Part shown: positions 1-10,690 of the stretch, one piece after another
Layout of the letters: the number at the start of each line of letters is the position of its first letter
Numbering within the stretch: the first letter of the stretch is position 1
NCBI GenBank assembly: GCA_037310415.1
Contig: CP147780.1
Span: forward strand, 2,496,001-2,560,000
Reading direction: 5' to 3'
From: Candidatus Atabeyarchaeum deiterrae
GTDB lineage: Archaea; Asgardarchaeota; Atabeyarchaeia; Atabeyarchaeales; Atabeyarchaeaceae
DNA length: 64,000 nt
Translations under genes and position numbers: made by a program
The notes under the pieces: model-generated
Seen by the model: only the letters and a program-made list of their open reading frames with translations
What the model was told of the DNA's origin: nothing
Databases searched by the model: none

Positions 1-128
1 TAACTTTGGCTATGGTCGCCTCTTCTTAATATGCCGAGATGGTTGCTACGACTAGAGGATTTTCATTCAAGTCTGTACTCCAATCTTCAGTAAACGTTGC
101 TGATGAGCATCGCTAATTCGAAGTTCTA

Positions 129-1232
129 TTATCTGATTACTTTGTAGCCCTTTAATTTACTCAAGACCTTTTCGTGGTAGCAATCATTCATAGCTAAGAA
201 AACGGTCTTGCATGGGTATTTTGACATGTCGTGCGGGGGAATTACGGGTTTTCCATCTAGCCGCAGTTTCCAATACGAGGGATTATCATCGACGAAAGCT
301 ACGACATTTTCGGGTTTAACGAATCCTTTTGCTTTTAGAAACAGGTATATCAACCCGAGTCCGTACACGAATATTTCCTTATGTATGATATCGCCTGCCT
401 TCCATTGCTCAACAACGCGTTCTATGTAACTTGTCGACTTCTGTATGTAAGGGTTGACATCCATCTTTTCCACGCGTCTCTCAACATCTTTCACAGCCAG
501 ATACCTCATAGGAACACCCTTGGAGACCTCCTTCTCAATTACGCGTAGTCCACTCAAGTTGAAGATATTCGATAGACTTCCCTCTGTAAACTTCCACTTG
601 TGATCAACGACTAATAGATCGGTCTTATTATTATCAAAGTTGGGAACATCCACTAGCAACACCGTATCATTATGCATACATTTCCTTATTAAAGAAAGAA
701 ACTCTCTAGGGTTATCGACATGCTCTAAGACTTCAATCAATGTTATGATATCAAACTGCTCTCCTACGAAAGGAGAATCTTCAAAAAAACCTTTGAACTT
801 GTTTATTTTGACTAGTCGCTTACTCAACATTTCGAAAGACTCGCTTGGTTCAACGCCGTATAAGGCTAGATTAGGGAAATGCTCATGGAGATAATAGAGA
901 AAGTCTCCCTTACCGCAACCTACATCCAGAAGAGACCCTACACTCAGCCTTGTAAGATAGGGACTTATGAAATCGACGAGATACTTGCCTTGTTCAACAG
1001 CGCCTTCCGCAGTTATGATTGAACACTCGGTTTCTTCATGTAGAAGCTGATATCCCCTGTAGAACATTCTAGCATTAATGCTTGAGCCGTCTGCTACTTT
1101 GACTGCACCGCAATTGACGCAGAAATCATGCGAAAGGTCGCGTCTAAGAATTCTGTAGTCAGAAGTCAAAGCCACATCAGTAGCAAATTCAAGGGGCTTC
1201 AGCAGACCCCCACAGATTTCGCATTTAGACAT
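129..1232 (-). CDS. Class I SAM-dependent methyltransferase with N-terminal Zn-binding motif (sugar-methyltransferase-like)
   Basis: CxxC...CxxC N-terminus, LLDVGCGKG motif I, FDIITLIEVLEHV; lies in a glycan cluster. Confidence 0.85.
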   Translation of the reverse strand: MSKCEICGGLLKPLEFATDVALTSDYRILRRDLSHDFCVNCGAVKVADGSSINARMFYRGYQLLHEETECSIITAEGAVEQGKYLVDFISPYLTRLSVGSLLDVGCGKGDFLYYLHEHFPNLALYGVEPSESFEMLSKRLVKINKFKGFFEDSPFVGEQFDIITLIEVLEHVDNPREFLSLIRKCMHNDTVLLVDVPNFDNNKTDLLVVDHKWKFTEGSLSNIFNLSGLRVIEKEVSKGVPMRYLAVKDVERRVEKMDVNPYIQKSTSYIERVVEQWKAGDIIHKEIFVYGLGLIYLFLKAKGFVKPENVVAFVDDNPSYWKLRLDGKPVIPPHDMSKYPCKTVFLAMNDCYHEKVLSKLKGYKVIR

Positions 1233-1250
1233 ATTCTGGACTTCCCTTAG

Positions 1251-2090
1251 CTAGATTAGGGATCCTAAGGCTTCGGATAAGGCGGTTCTGGCTCTCCATC
1301 CAAGAAGATGAAAACCCTGTGCAGGGTCAACCACTAGGTTGGACGTTTTATTGTTTATGGAGACTATTTCTATCTCAGATCGTGAATTCGAAAGGTCTCT
1401 AATCAGTTCAGCCAACTGAAGAATAGAAGTCCCTGTTCCAGTTCCAACATTGATGGTCTCCCGCACGAATGACCATTGTTTCAGGCTTGCCACTATCGCT
1501 TCAGCAAGGTCCTCTTTGTGGAGATAATCTAGTACTTGGAAGCCATTTACATATTTGTGGACAGTGATCCGCACATTTCTTTTCGCGTTGTCAATGAACT
1601 TGTATATGACTCTGCTCTTGTCCATTCCTGGACCGTATATGTAGCTTGGTCTTAGTAAGACGGCTTTCAAGCCATAAAGCTCTTCATACGATTCAATTAG
1701 CTTCTCACAAAGATATTTGGTTTGGCCATAGACTCCTTCTGGTAGAGGTCGAGTCTCGGGAGATATAGTTTCCAAATTGTGATAACCAGTAAACACTGCG
1801 AGACTAGACAGGTAAAGTAGGGGTATATTGTTTAATCTACAGACTTCAAGTATATTTCTCAGCATCATGATTGCTTCTGACATGGAATTCAGAATATGCG
1901 GTAACCTTGGATGAGCTAGATGCACAATGAACTCGATGTTCTCTTTCTTTACTGCTAGGTCCAATTCGACTGGGCTGTTGACTGAGTCTAGATCGGTTCT
2001 CCCAGGACAGACAAGTCGATGATTACCCTCCAGTTTGGGAACCAGAGCACTTCCTACAAAGCCTGTCGAGCCCGTTAACAGTATGTTCAT
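1251..2090 (-). CDS. NAD-dependent epimerase/dehydratase (extended SDR)
   Basis: TGSTGFVG Rossmann motif, YGQTK catalytic YxxxK, LRPSYIYGPG. Confidence 0.9.
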   Translation of the reverse strand: MNILLTGSTGFVGSALVPKLEGNHRLVCPGRTDLDSVNSPVELDLAVKKENIEFIVHLAHPRLPHILNSMSEAIMMLRNILEVCRLNNIPLLYLSSLAVFTGYHNLETISPETRPLPEGVYGQTKYLCEKLIESYEELYGLKAVLLRPSYIYGPGMDKSRVIYKFIDNAKRNVRITVHKYVNGFQVLDYLHKEDLAEAIVASLKQWSFVRETINVGTGTGTSILQLAELIRDLSNSRSEIEIVSINNKTSNLVVDPAQGFHLLGWRARTALSEALGSLI

Positions 2091-2437
2091 AAGGTCCTTG
2101 TGACCTCCATTATGTCATTGAGTAATTCCAGGTTTATTGCTTGAGCCCCCATTTTTCTGGACACAAGTTTTATGGCTTCTTCGAGTGTTAGACCTAAGTA
2201 TGTTAATACTCCAATGGCAAGAGTATTGCTTCTAACGATGCCCTTGTCGCAGCGAATGACAACTTTTCTCCCTGCCTTAATTTCTCTTATGCACTGAAGC
2301 ATTCTCTCCTTTAGGATACGTCTATCATTTCCTTTTCCCTCAACTAAGTCTCTGACTTCAATTACCTGAACACCATTCTCATCGAGTTTCTCAGCGTAAG
2401 ATGCGGTTCCCAGGTTATCCTTCAGCCATACCACCAC
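2087..2437 (-). CDS. Small dual-specificity/PTP-like phosphatase
   Basis: KVVIRCDKGIVRS = CX5R(S) P-loop, followed by a DSP-like LTLEEAIKLV helix; overlaps both neighbours. Confidence 0.75.
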   Translation of the reverse strand: MVVWLKDNLGTASYAEKLDENGVQVIEVRDLVEGKGNDRRILKERMLQCIREIKAGRKVVIRCDKGIVRSNTLAIGVLTYLGLTLEEAIKLVSRKMGAQAINLELLNDIMEVTRTL

Positions 2438-3497
2438 TCTTCTTCACCTTCTCAAAAGGAATGTACAGCTCCGTTAATCCACGAAGATAATAACCCTTGT
2501 TTAATCTTTCAGGTTTCAACAGCCTATCTCCAAAAACAGACTGTAACAGTATATCAGGCTCGTTGAAGCCTGCCAAGGCTCTTAGGTATGTTGTTCCAGA
2601 GTGCCTAGGGTTTATTTCAAAAACGTAGAAAACGTCGCCTACTAGACGACCTTGAACATTCAAGCTCCACTTGCTTCCTAATATTCGGGCGATTCTCTCT
2701 GATTGCTCCTGCACGAGGCTGAAATTATCTATGATACCCTGACTAACCCCTGTGGACAGAACTCTTTCACCATATCTTATCATGTAAGATAGTCTATTAT
2801 GCAAAAGCCTCTTCAGAGCTATAGAACCAATGATATCTCCATGTGGAGTTGACAACACTCCAACCGTATACTCGCCTTCTTGTTCACCAATATATTCTTG
2901 CATTAGAGGACTGATGCTCCTTCTCATCAGATATTTCACAAAGAATTTGGCTTCTTCCTCGTCTTCAGCAAGAAATGCAAACCTCGAACCCCCGCTTGAA
3001 GTGGAGGGTTTAACGACAGACGGATAGACACCAAATTCTGTTACATCCTCTTCTCTGGAGATGATTTCAGTCTTCGGCACAGGAATGCCGTTCTCCTGCA
3101 GGTATTTGGTTTGTTTCGCCTTGTCACTGCATATGCGAATAACCTTGGGATCATTAATCATAAGCATGATTCCTGTTTCATCGAATGTCTTCTTATTATC
3201 GGCCAAAACCATGAGCTCTGCTTCTGAACCCGGCGCCAAAGCGCTGACCCTCTCCTTCTTGCACAGAGACAACATTGTCGACAAATAAGATGAGTTGTCT
3301 GCCCTGGGAACCATGAAGGTCCTTTCAAATTCTTCCATGTATAGCCCCATGCTTAGGGGTGATGCATCAACGCCAAGGAGCCGATATCTATTGGCAAGCC
3401 TCAACGCCTTGAATATCTCTAATCCTACTCCTCCTCCACTTACCCCTGTTATGAGAACCGTTTTCTGCGTGTCTCTGAGGGGAATCCGTATGGTCAT
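2415..3497 (-). CDS. ATP-grasp protein (CarB-like, glycan-modification type)
   Basis: CSDKAK, VVKPSTSSGGS, MQEYI, FEINPR motifs. Confidence 0.85.
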   Translation of the reverse strand: MTIRIPLRDTQKTVLITGVSGGGVGLEIFKALRLANRYRLLGVDASPLSMGLYMEEFERTFMVPRADNSSYLSTMLSLCKKERVSALAPGSEAELMVLADNKKTFDETGIMLMINDPKVIRICSDKAKQTKYLQENGIPVPKTEIISREEDVTEFGVYPSVVKPSTSSGGSRFAFLAEDEEEAKFFVKYLMRRSISPLMQEYIGEQEGEYTVGVLSTPHGDIIGSIALKRLLHNRLSYMIRYGERVLSTGVSQGIIDNFSLVQEQSERIARILGSKWSLNVQGRLVGDVFYVFEINPRHSGTTYLRALAGFNEPDILLQSVFGDRLLKPERLNKGYYLRGLTELYIPFEKVKKSGGMAEG

Positions 3498-3711
3498 TCT
3501 CCATAAACCTCCAGACCATTTCTCAAACGAAGTCTATTCGACATTGCTCAGTCTTCACTCTCCTAATAGTTTACTAGTAAATGCTATTAGCTTTGAGGTC
3601 TGGTACCACTCTATCTGAGCTATCCTGTTCAAGAAATGCCTTCTCTCTTTCTATAGGACAGTCTCCCGTTATCTTTGTCTGATGATAGCAACCTGTTCAG
3701 CAAAGCAGTAA

Positions 3712-4632
3712 TCACTTCTCTGTTTCTGACGCCATTAACCTCTTAACGAATTCCCTCTTCTTCGCAAAATCAGATACAGGCTCAGCAGGGACACCTGCCA
3801 CCGTTGTATTGTCAGGAATATCCTTTGTTACCACAGCACCCATACCTACCAGACAGTTTCTGCCAATCCTGATGTGTTCCAAGACGGAAGCGTTTCCTCC
3901 GATCCATGTGCCATCTCCTACGCTACAACTTCCCCCCAGTAATGCGCATGCTACTACCATACAGTTCTTACCTAGGTGAACACTATGAGCCACGTGAACC
4001 AGGTTGTCAATCTTGGTTCCTCTGCCGATTATCGTCGCGTCCAAGGGCGCTCTGTCAATAACTGTGTTTGCCCCAATTTCAACATCATCCTCTATCATAA
4101 CTTTCCCAACATGAGGGAACTTCAACCAAGCTCCGTCTTTGTCTCGCTCGTAGCCAAAACCCGACTTACCGATAACAACCCCTGCGTGAATAACAACTCT
4201 ATCGCCTATCTCTGTGTCTCCGTAAATTATCGCAGAAGGATGTATTACTGCATGATGTCCAATAGTCGGTTTTCTGAAAGATCTGAAGTATTGGCTCTTC
4301 ACATCTTCCTCAGGCAAGATCAGATTGCACGCTTTTATGAAGTCAAGTCTGGGATTTTCGGAGATAATCACTCCCAGACTAGTATCCTTCAATATTGGGC
4401 CCGAAATCGAATCATAGACCTTTCTCGGCATTATCACTATCAGGGGCTGTGAGAACCCGCTGACGCTGCGTAGATACTCCAGGAATTTCACATCCTTAAT
4501 AAAAGTCAGACTGTCCGATCGTGGATTCACCGCCGAACAAATATCTTTCACCGCATATTCTTTGCCAATATACACAAGACCTAACTTCTTAGCAATCTGT
4601 CCACCAGTTAGGTTCCTAACTACGTAATCCAT
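3712..4632 (-). CDS. LpxD-like hexapeptide-repeat acyltransferase
   Basis: LpxD-type N-domain (ENPRLDF), [31 protein letters not shown] and hexapeptide repeats. Confidence 0.85.
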   Translation of the reverse strand: MDYVVRNLTGGQIAKKLGLVYIGKEYAVKDICSAVNPRSDSLTFIKDVKFLEYLRSVSGFSQPLIVIMPRKVYDSISGPILKDTSLGVIISENPRLDFIKACNLILPEEDVKSQYFRSFRKPTIGHHAVIHPSAIIYGDTEIGDRVVIHAGVVIGKSGFGYERDKDGAWLKFPHVGKVMIEDDVEIGANTVIDRAPLDATIIGRGTKIDNLVHVAHSVHLGKNCMVVACALLGGSCSVGDGTWIGGNASVLEHIRIGRNCLVGMGAVVTKDIPDNTTVAGVPAEPVSDFAKKREFVKRLMASETEK

Positions 4633-4787
4633 CCAACCACCTCAGCACTTGGACAAACTTAGGATTGTCTTTCCTAATCTTGGCAATACATTCACAAGCT
4701 TCCTAGAAGAATACTATCTGAATTCAAACTGCTCTGACTTTCTCATAGGAGTGAAGCTCCAACAATCCAATTTACTGTTTCCTGAAT

Positions 4788-5564
4788 CTAGAATTCTGAT
4801 TGCTCACCCTTTCCAGCCAGTTTTTTCGCCACATGGTCAAGCAAATTTCTATTGCCTGCTATAGCGCGATATGTACTATTCGGACGGAAGTGTGCATCTA
4901 TTTCCAAAGCCATTTCGATTATGAAATCAGAGAATATGTCAAGATAGTTCGATCCCTTGTCAGTGTAGTGCAGTGGATGCAACAATATCTGGATAGGATG
5001 TTCCTTGGCTTTCATGACAATCTTGTATGGATCTTTGCCCTTGAAATCCATGCAGGAATCAGAAATATAGCGGTCGTCGGCATATATCTTACTGTCATAT
5101 GCGTTCCTGTAGCCTTGAGTAGTGGGATATTTGCCGCTCAGAGAAGGATTGTGTAGACTAAGAGATCTTACTTTCTTGCCGACGATAGATTCGAGGATTT
5201 TTGCCTCCCGATCGGCTTCATCGTTCAATCGGTCTATTGGTATTTCACCATATACTACTGGGTCGAAATGCAGACCAATCTCAAAATTCATTCTCGATAT
5301 TTCGAGTAGTAGTTTCCTATTGGAAATCGACATCGGGTTGTAGGTGTGGCAAGTTGTCATTACTAGGAACGTTGCGGGAATGCCGCATTCATGTTCCAAA
5401 ACTGCGAACCTGTAAGCTGCTTTTAAGTCAAAATCAACGTCATGCCTAATGATGACGGCATTGGATCCGTCCCAGTCGCCAAGAGTGGTTACTTTGAAGT
5501 TATCTCTCAGGTAATTAAGGAATTTTCTCATCTCTGTGTAGCGAAAAATCGTGTTCTTGCTCAT
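4788..5564 (-). CDS. Polysaccharide deacetylase-like (CE4/WbmS-like) protein
   Basis: IIRHDVD, ATFLV, EIGLHFD, SLHNP, LLHPLHY; start set at ATG 5564. Confidence 0.75.
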   Translation of the reverse strand: MSKNTIFRYTEMRKFLNYLRDNFKVTTLGDWDGSNAVIIRHDVDFDLKAAYRFAVLEHECGIPATFLVMTTCHTYNPMSISNRKLLLEISRMNFEIGLHFDPVVYGEIPIDRLNDEADREAKILESIVGKKVRSLSLHNPSLSGKYPTTQGYRNAYDSKIYADDRYISDSCMDFKGKDPYKIVMKAKEHPIQILLHPLHYTDKGSNYLDIFSDFIIEMALEIDAHFRPNSTYRAIAGNRNLLDHVAKKLAGKGEQSEF

Positions 5565-5619
5565 GTATTGTCCGCCCTTCCTTTGCTGGATTGGCTCGTG
5601 TTCTCGATTTCCAATAGGT

Positions 5620-6729
5620 TCAAGCGTTGCTCTTGGCTTTCTCTTCACCTCTCAGGAGACTTACGATTCTCTGACTTGCATTGCCATCTCCGTATGGATT
5701 AATGACATTCTTGAATCGCATCAGAAGGTCATCTTGATGCTTGATTGCATATTGGATGGTTTTGATGATCTTGTCCTTCTGAGTTCCGGCGAGTAAGTTT
5801 ACACCGAGTTTATTTGTCTCGATCCACTCGGTTTCGTTTCTTAGAGTTATGCAAGGCACTTTTGACCAAAAAGCTTCCTTCTGTAGACCTCCAGAGTCTG
5901 TTAGCGCGAATCTGGCGGATGTGAGCAGATTTAGCATATCATGGTATCCCAATGGTTCAATTAAAGTCAAGTTTTTAGCAGATGGTTCGATTCCCAGTTC
6001 TTTTATCTTACTCTTGGATCTTGGATGAATGGGAAAAACTATTTTCAGATCGGACGCTAGAATCGCTTCAATCATTCCAAGGAACGTGTCTTTGTCATCG
6101 ACATTCTCAGCCCTATGAAGGGTCAATAAGTCGTACTCCTTGTTGTCCAAATCGAGCTTGTCCAATATGTTGCACTTCTTCGCTTGAGGCAGGTGCTTAA
6201 GATATGCGTCATACATCGTGTCTCCAGTTACGTCTACGTCCCCTAGCACACTTTCTTTGTGGAGGTTATTCTTACAGTTTTCAGAAACAGCAAAAAGCGA
6301 GGAGGAGATATGGTCGATGATGCGCCTGTTTACTTCTTCAGCCATGAACATGTCGTAGCTTCTGGCGCCGGCTTCGACATGTGCAACTTTGAGGTGAAGT
6401 TTAACAGAGGTGAGAGCCGCGCCCAGCGCTGAATTCGTGTCACCAGGTACCAAAACTATATCAGGTTTATAGTCCAGAAGGATCGCTTCAAGTTTAGTCA
6501 TTATCTGAGCAGTCTGATACGCATGTGAACCGGAACCAACCTCCAGATTAGCTCTGGGGGGAGGAAGGTCATTCTCGTCGAAGAAGATCTTTGATAATTC
6601 GTAGTCGTAGTGTTGTCCCGTGTGGACAAGTTGCAGTTCGACATCTCTGTGCTTCTCCGCTTCGTGAACAATGGGCGCTGATTTGATTATCTGAGGTCTA
6701 GTTCCAACGACAACCATTAGCTTGAGCAT
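5620..6729 (-). CDS. wecB: UDP-N-acetylglucosamine 2-epimerase (non-hydrolysing)
   Basis: VVGTRPQIIK, HTGQHYD, GDTNS, HVEAGARS, TDSGGLQKEA, NPYGDG. Confidence 0.95.
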   Translation of the reverse strand: MLKLMVVVGTRPQIIKSAPIVHEAEKHRDVELQLVHTGQHYDYELSKIFFDENDLPPPRANLEVGSGSHAYQTAQIMTKLEAILLDYKPDIVLVPGDTNSALGAALTSVKLHLKVAHVEAGARSYDMFMAEEVNRRIIDHISSSLFAVSENCKNNLHKESVLGDVDVTGDTMYDAYLKHLPQAKKCNILDKLDLDNKEYDLLTLHRAENVDDKDTFLGMIEAILASDLKIVFPIHPRSKSKIKELGIEPSAKNLTLIEPLGYHDMLNLLTSARFALTDSGGLQKEAFWSKVPCITLRNETEWIETNKLGVNLLAGTQKDKIIKTIQYAIKHQDDLLMRFKNVINPYGDGNASQRIVSLLRGEEKAKSNA

Positions 6730-6878
6730 AATGCGCCCAACCTTGTTACCAAGGGTACTAGTTACTAGCTATCCTTTTTACCATCTATTTAAGTAGGATG
6801 TTAATCGCATACCTTGACAATTAAGAAGCGCTTGGAACCTTATGGTTTTTCTCCAGCTAGACTCACACTTGTCTAGTT

Positions 6879-8282
6879 TCACTTGATGAATATGTTGAAG
6901 CCTTCGACCTGCCTAAGAATGAGTCCCTCCATGGCTGCGTCAGAGATGTTTATGGGAAGTATGTTCCGTGCGTCGATCAGTATGGCGTGTGCTGCCGCTG
7001 TCTTCAACACTTCACCTGCTGTCAACGAATCCTTGAAAGCTGAGTGTTCGGTCATAATGATTAACAGTTCCGCGTCTCTAGCAGCTTCACTTGTGCTGTG
7101 GGCAAGTCGTATCTTCTTATCGCCTAAGCTCAGATCTTCCGATACGTAAGGATCATAAGCAGTTATTGCCCCAACTCCTTTCTTCAGTAACAACTCTATG
7201 ACTTCATAGCTGGGAGAGTTCCTTGTATCCGCAATGTCTCCGCGGAATGCCAGTCCAAGGATTGTCACTTTGGAGTTCTTGAGTCCTTTTCCGCGGACTT
7301 CCCTAAGTGTGGAATCAGCCACTCTGATAAGCAGTTCAGGTTTGTCCTCGTTTACCTTCCTTGCAAGACTAGTCAATGGCAGTTCCTCGTTCTTATCCTG
7401 GGCGACTTGCAGCACGAAATAAGGGTAGAAGGGGATACACCATCCTCCCACGAACCCCGGGTAGTGGAGATAGCAAAAGGGTTGCGAGTTGGCTATTTTT
7501 CTGACTTCTATGAAGTCTATTCCCACGGATGTGCAGAACCTCGTGAGCTCATTGGCCAATGCTATGTTTACGTCTCTGTAAATTCCTTCGAAAAGTTTTT
7601 CAGTCTCAGCCACGGTTGAACTTGATGTCTTTATGACGCCTTGCTTGGCTATCACACCATATAATGCCGCTCCAGCTTCCGTGCTCTTGGATCCAATCCC
7701 GCCTACCACTTTTGGGTACCTTCTTTCTATGTCTTCAATTGCTCGTCCTTCAAAAACTCTTTCAGGGCTAAACGCCAATCCGAAATCCTCTTCAACTCTG
7801 AGTCTACTGCCCATCTCAAGTATTGGCTGAGCTACTTTGATAGTTGTCGTTGGAGGCACGCTTGATTCAATTATAACGAGATCGCCTTTCTTCAGTCCTC
7901 TGGCGATGACTTGTAAGACCTGCTTGAGAGCAGCAATGTCACAGTTTTTCTCCTTGCTCAGAGTCGTTGGTACGGCTATGATCTTGACATCAGATTCTCT
8001 AGACGCTTTGACTCCATCAAGAGTGGTTCTTAGTTTTCCTTCGGCGACGGACTCGCTAATGGCTTCGGGAATACCCGGTTCGTCTTTTATTGGCGATACA
8101 CCGGCACCTATTGATCTTACAACGTCCTCTCTCACATCGACTCCAATGACTTTTGCTCCAGCGCGGAGCCATACGGTGGCGATCGACAAACCCACATGTC
8201 CAAGACCATAGACTGCCACAGTGATCTTTCCTTCCTTTAGACTACTGTTAAGCGATTCTGGAGTACTATGAAGAACGTCCAT
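6879..8282 (-). CDS. wecC: UDP-N-acetyl-D-mannosamine/nucleotide-sugar dehydrogenase
   Basis: GLGHVG, ESSVPP, SPERV, K..E..YRDVNIALANE, GGWCIP, D.RNSPS; next to wecB; start set at ATG 8282. Confidence 0.85.
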   Translation of the reverse strand: MDVLHSTPESLNSSLKEGKITVAVYGLGHVGLSIATVWLRAGAKVIGVDVREDVVRSIGAGVSPIKDEPGIPEAISESVAEGKLRTTLDGVKASRESDVKIIAVPTTLSKEKNCDIAALKQVLQVIARGLKKGDLVIIESSVPPTTTIKVAQPILEMGSRLRVEEDFGLAFSPERVFEGRAIEDIERRYPKVVGGIGSKSTEAGAALYGVIAKQGVIKTSSSTVAETEKLFEGIYRDVNIALANELTRFCTSVGIDFIEVRKIANSQPFCYLHYPGFVGGWCIPFYPYFVLQVAQDKNEELPLTSLARKVNEDKPELLIRVADSTLREVRGKGLKNSKVTILGLAFRGDIADTRNSPSYEVIELLLKKGVGAITAYDPYVSEDLSLGDKKIRLAHSTSEAARDAELLIIMTEHSAFKDSLTAGEVLKTAAAHAILIDARNILPINISDAAMEGLILRQVEGFNIFIK

Positions 8283-8528
8283 AATACGAACACAACTCCG
8301 CAAAACCATTCGGAGAGCAGGAATGCTGATTGATACCAAGTTTTACGATGAAGAATATGCTCCTATAAAGAAAGGCCGTTTATGAAGATTGCGATGGAAA
8401 GCGATAAATAATGTAAGTATTTGTTTTTGTCATCAATCCGACACCTTGCCCGGTTTACCGAGTTTCACCAAATTGGACGTTAAAAACTGGGGAAAAGCCA
8501 ATAACTGGAATTCAGAGGTAATTCAATC

Positions 8529-9254
8529 ATGAGCGCCAAGAAAGCACTACAATTCCTTAGGAATGAGGCAGACACGCTGAGGAATTTCGTCCGTTATGGG
8601 AACTATATCAATCCCATGCAAGAGAAAAACAACATGGACTGGTTCCACAAAACGTACTACAACGCTGCCTCTCGTGGTCAAACATGGGACAACACATATT
8701 GGCTTGGAGTCAAGGCTCTGAAGTGCCCATTCGACCTCTGGGTCTATCAAGAACTAATCTGGGAACTAAAGCCAGACCTTCTAATTGAGTGCGGCACAGC
8801 AAATGGAGGAGGAGCTTTGTTCTTAGCCACAATGTGTGACATTGCAAACAATGGCAAGGTTGTGACGATAGATATCGAGGATAGAAAAGACAGACCGAGA
8901 CATAAGCGAATAGAATATCTCACTGGATCATCAACCTCAGAGGAGATTGTGCAGCACGTAAGCAAAATGGTGCCTAGTAGGGGCAAAGTGATGGTACTGC
9001 TGGACTCCGATCATCACAAAGAGCATGTCCTTAACGAGTTGAGGATTTACAGCAAGTTCGTAACGAAAGGAAGCTACTTGATAGTTGAAGACACAAACAT
9101 GAACGGTCACCCCGTAGCGCCCGATTTTGGTCCAGGTCCGATGGAAGCAGTGGAAGAATTCCTAAAAGGGAACAAGAACTTCATCATAGACAAAGCGAAA
9201 GAGAAATTCTATTTGACATTCAACCCGAATGGCTATCTAAAAAGAATGAGATGA
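8529..9254 (+). CDS. CmcI (cephalosporin hydroxylase)-family methyltransferase
   Basis: WLGVKALKCPFDLWVYQE, IECGTANGG, LDSDHHKEHV, YLIVEDT, NPNGYLKR. Confidence 0.9.
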   Translation: MSAKKALQFLRNEADTLRNFVRYGNYINPMQEKNNMDWFHKTYYNAASRGQTWDNTYWLGVKALKCPFDLWVYQELIWELKPDLLIECGTANGGGALFLATMCDIANNGKVVTIDIEDRKDRPRHKRIEYLTGSSTSEEIVQHVSKMVPSRGKVMVLLDSDHHKEHVLNELRIYSKFVTKGSYLIVEDTNMNGHPVAPDFGPGPMEAVEEFLKGNKNFIIDKAKEKFYLTFNPNGYLKRMR

Positions 9255-9287
9255 ATAAGATATCCACTTCGTAAATCCAACTTCGAG

Positions 9288-9839
9288 ATGAAATCCCATT
9301 TGAGTCCAAAAATAGACAAGGGGCTTGTCCAAGTTTACACTGGAAATGGCAAGGGAAAAACTAGCGCCGCGCTAGGTCTAGCCTTGAGAGCGATTGGTAG
9401 AGGATTCAAGGTCTGCTTTATCTGCTTCTTCAAGAAGAATGTGTCTGGGGAGATGCTGGCGGCCAAAGAATATTTTCCCGAAAAACTCGTCATCTATCAG
9501 ACTGGTCGCCCTGGTTTCATCTGGATCGATACCAAACCCTTGCCCAAAGACTATGAGCTCGCTAAGACAGCATTGGAGCTAGCGAAGAAAGTTGTTGAAA
9601 GTGAGGAGTACGATATTGTCGTATTAGACGAGATCAACCCCGCCATGGATCTCGGACTGATCAGTGTCGATGATGTCATCAAATTGATCAAGGAGAAGCC
9701 TCCCATTCTTGAATTGGTTCTGACCGGGCGAAGCGCCCCAAAAGAGATCCTGGATGTAGCTGATCTTGTAACCGACATGGTCGAAGTGAAACACTGGTAC
9801 AACAAGGGAGTATCAGGTAGACTCGGCATAGAATTTTAG
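9288..9839 (+). CDS. cobO: Cob(I)alamin adenosyltransferase (CobO/BtuR)
   Basis: QVYTGNGKGKTSAALG, LDEIN, ELVLTGR, ADLVT, GIEF. Confidence 0.93.
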   Translation: MKSHLSPKIDKGLVQVYTGNGKGKTSAALGLALRAIGRGFKVCFICFFKKNVSGEMLAAKEYFPEKLVIYQTGRPGFIWIDTKPLPKDYELAKTALELAKKVVESEEYDIVVLDEINPAMDLGLISVDDVIKLIKEKPPILELVLTGRSAPKEILDVADLVTDMVEVKHWYNKGVSGRLGIEF

Positions 9840-9871
9840 AAATACCCTCAGGATTTTTAGCGGGGATCGGA

Positions 9872-10690
9872 ATGCTCGGTTTCATGGTCTTAGTCGATGA
9901 AGTGTTCAACCGCGAACGACTCATGATCAGCTATCAAAATGCAGAGAAGAAATACCCAAAGGAAGCCACGAAACTCATAGAAAGAATCTGGCTTGAGAAA
10001 AAAGCCTCTGGAATCAGGTTGTTTGACGGAAAGCTTTTCGAAGTCATATCCTACAAGACGAGAGATCAAATACTATCCCTTGAGTTGCAGAATACGTCGT
10101 ACAAGTACCTCGTTGGAACCAGGGAAGCGGAGTTTGTGTCCAAGTTTGGTTCGGAGATGATATCCAACTCACTATCTGTCGGCGCGGTAGTTGTATCATC
10201 TGATGACTGTTTTGTTCTGGGCAAAAGGCGCAGCGACCTTTACTTCAATCCCGGAAAGTATAGCACAATTGCTGGAACAATGGACCCAGAAAAAGACTTC
10301 AAGGGTGGCAACCCAGATCCTTTCGAAGCTATTCTGAGAGAGCTATTTGAAGAGAAGGGTGTTGAAGAAAGCAATGTTCGGGATGCTCTTTGTTTGGGAC
10401 TAATCTATAACATCGAATACAAGCAGACATACATGCCGTTTTATATCAAGCTCGGCATATCTTGCGGTGCTCTTCAGAATAGCTCGCCGCGTGAGGAGGA
10501 GTTTGAGAGGTTCATATATGTTAAAGCTGATGGCAATGGAGTGTCCGATTTCCTCGCGAAGAATCTAGAGCAAGTATCTCAGACCTGCCAAGGAAATATA
10601 CTGATGTTCGGCAAAAGAATGTTTGGAATACCTTGGTTCAAGGATATTCTGAGCAGACTCAAAGTAGAACCAGAGTTCATCAGTTCTTAA
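9872..10690 (+). CDS. Nudix hydrolase (NUDT22-like)
   Basis: Nudix box AILRELFEEKGV; LFDGKLFEV and LSVGAVVVSSD elements. Confidence 0.75.
   Translation: MLGFMVLVDEVFNRERLMISYQNAEKKYPKEATKLIERIWLEKKASGIRLFDGKLFEVISYKTRDQILSLELQNTSYKYLVGTREAEFVSKFGSEMISNSLSVGAVVVSSDDCFVLGKRRSDLYFNPGKYSTIAGTMDPEKDFKGGNPDPFEAILRELFEEKGVEESNVRDALCLGLIYNIEYKQTYMPFYIKLGISCGALQNSSPREEEFERFIYVKADGNGVSDFLAKNLEQVSQTCQGNILMFGKRMFGIPWFKDILSRLKVEPEFISS

Noticed and set aside
3712-4632. Lipid A biosynthesis (true lpxD)
   Set aside because: Archaeal context, no lpxA/B/C/K in the window, and the gene sits in a wecB/wecC glycan cluster
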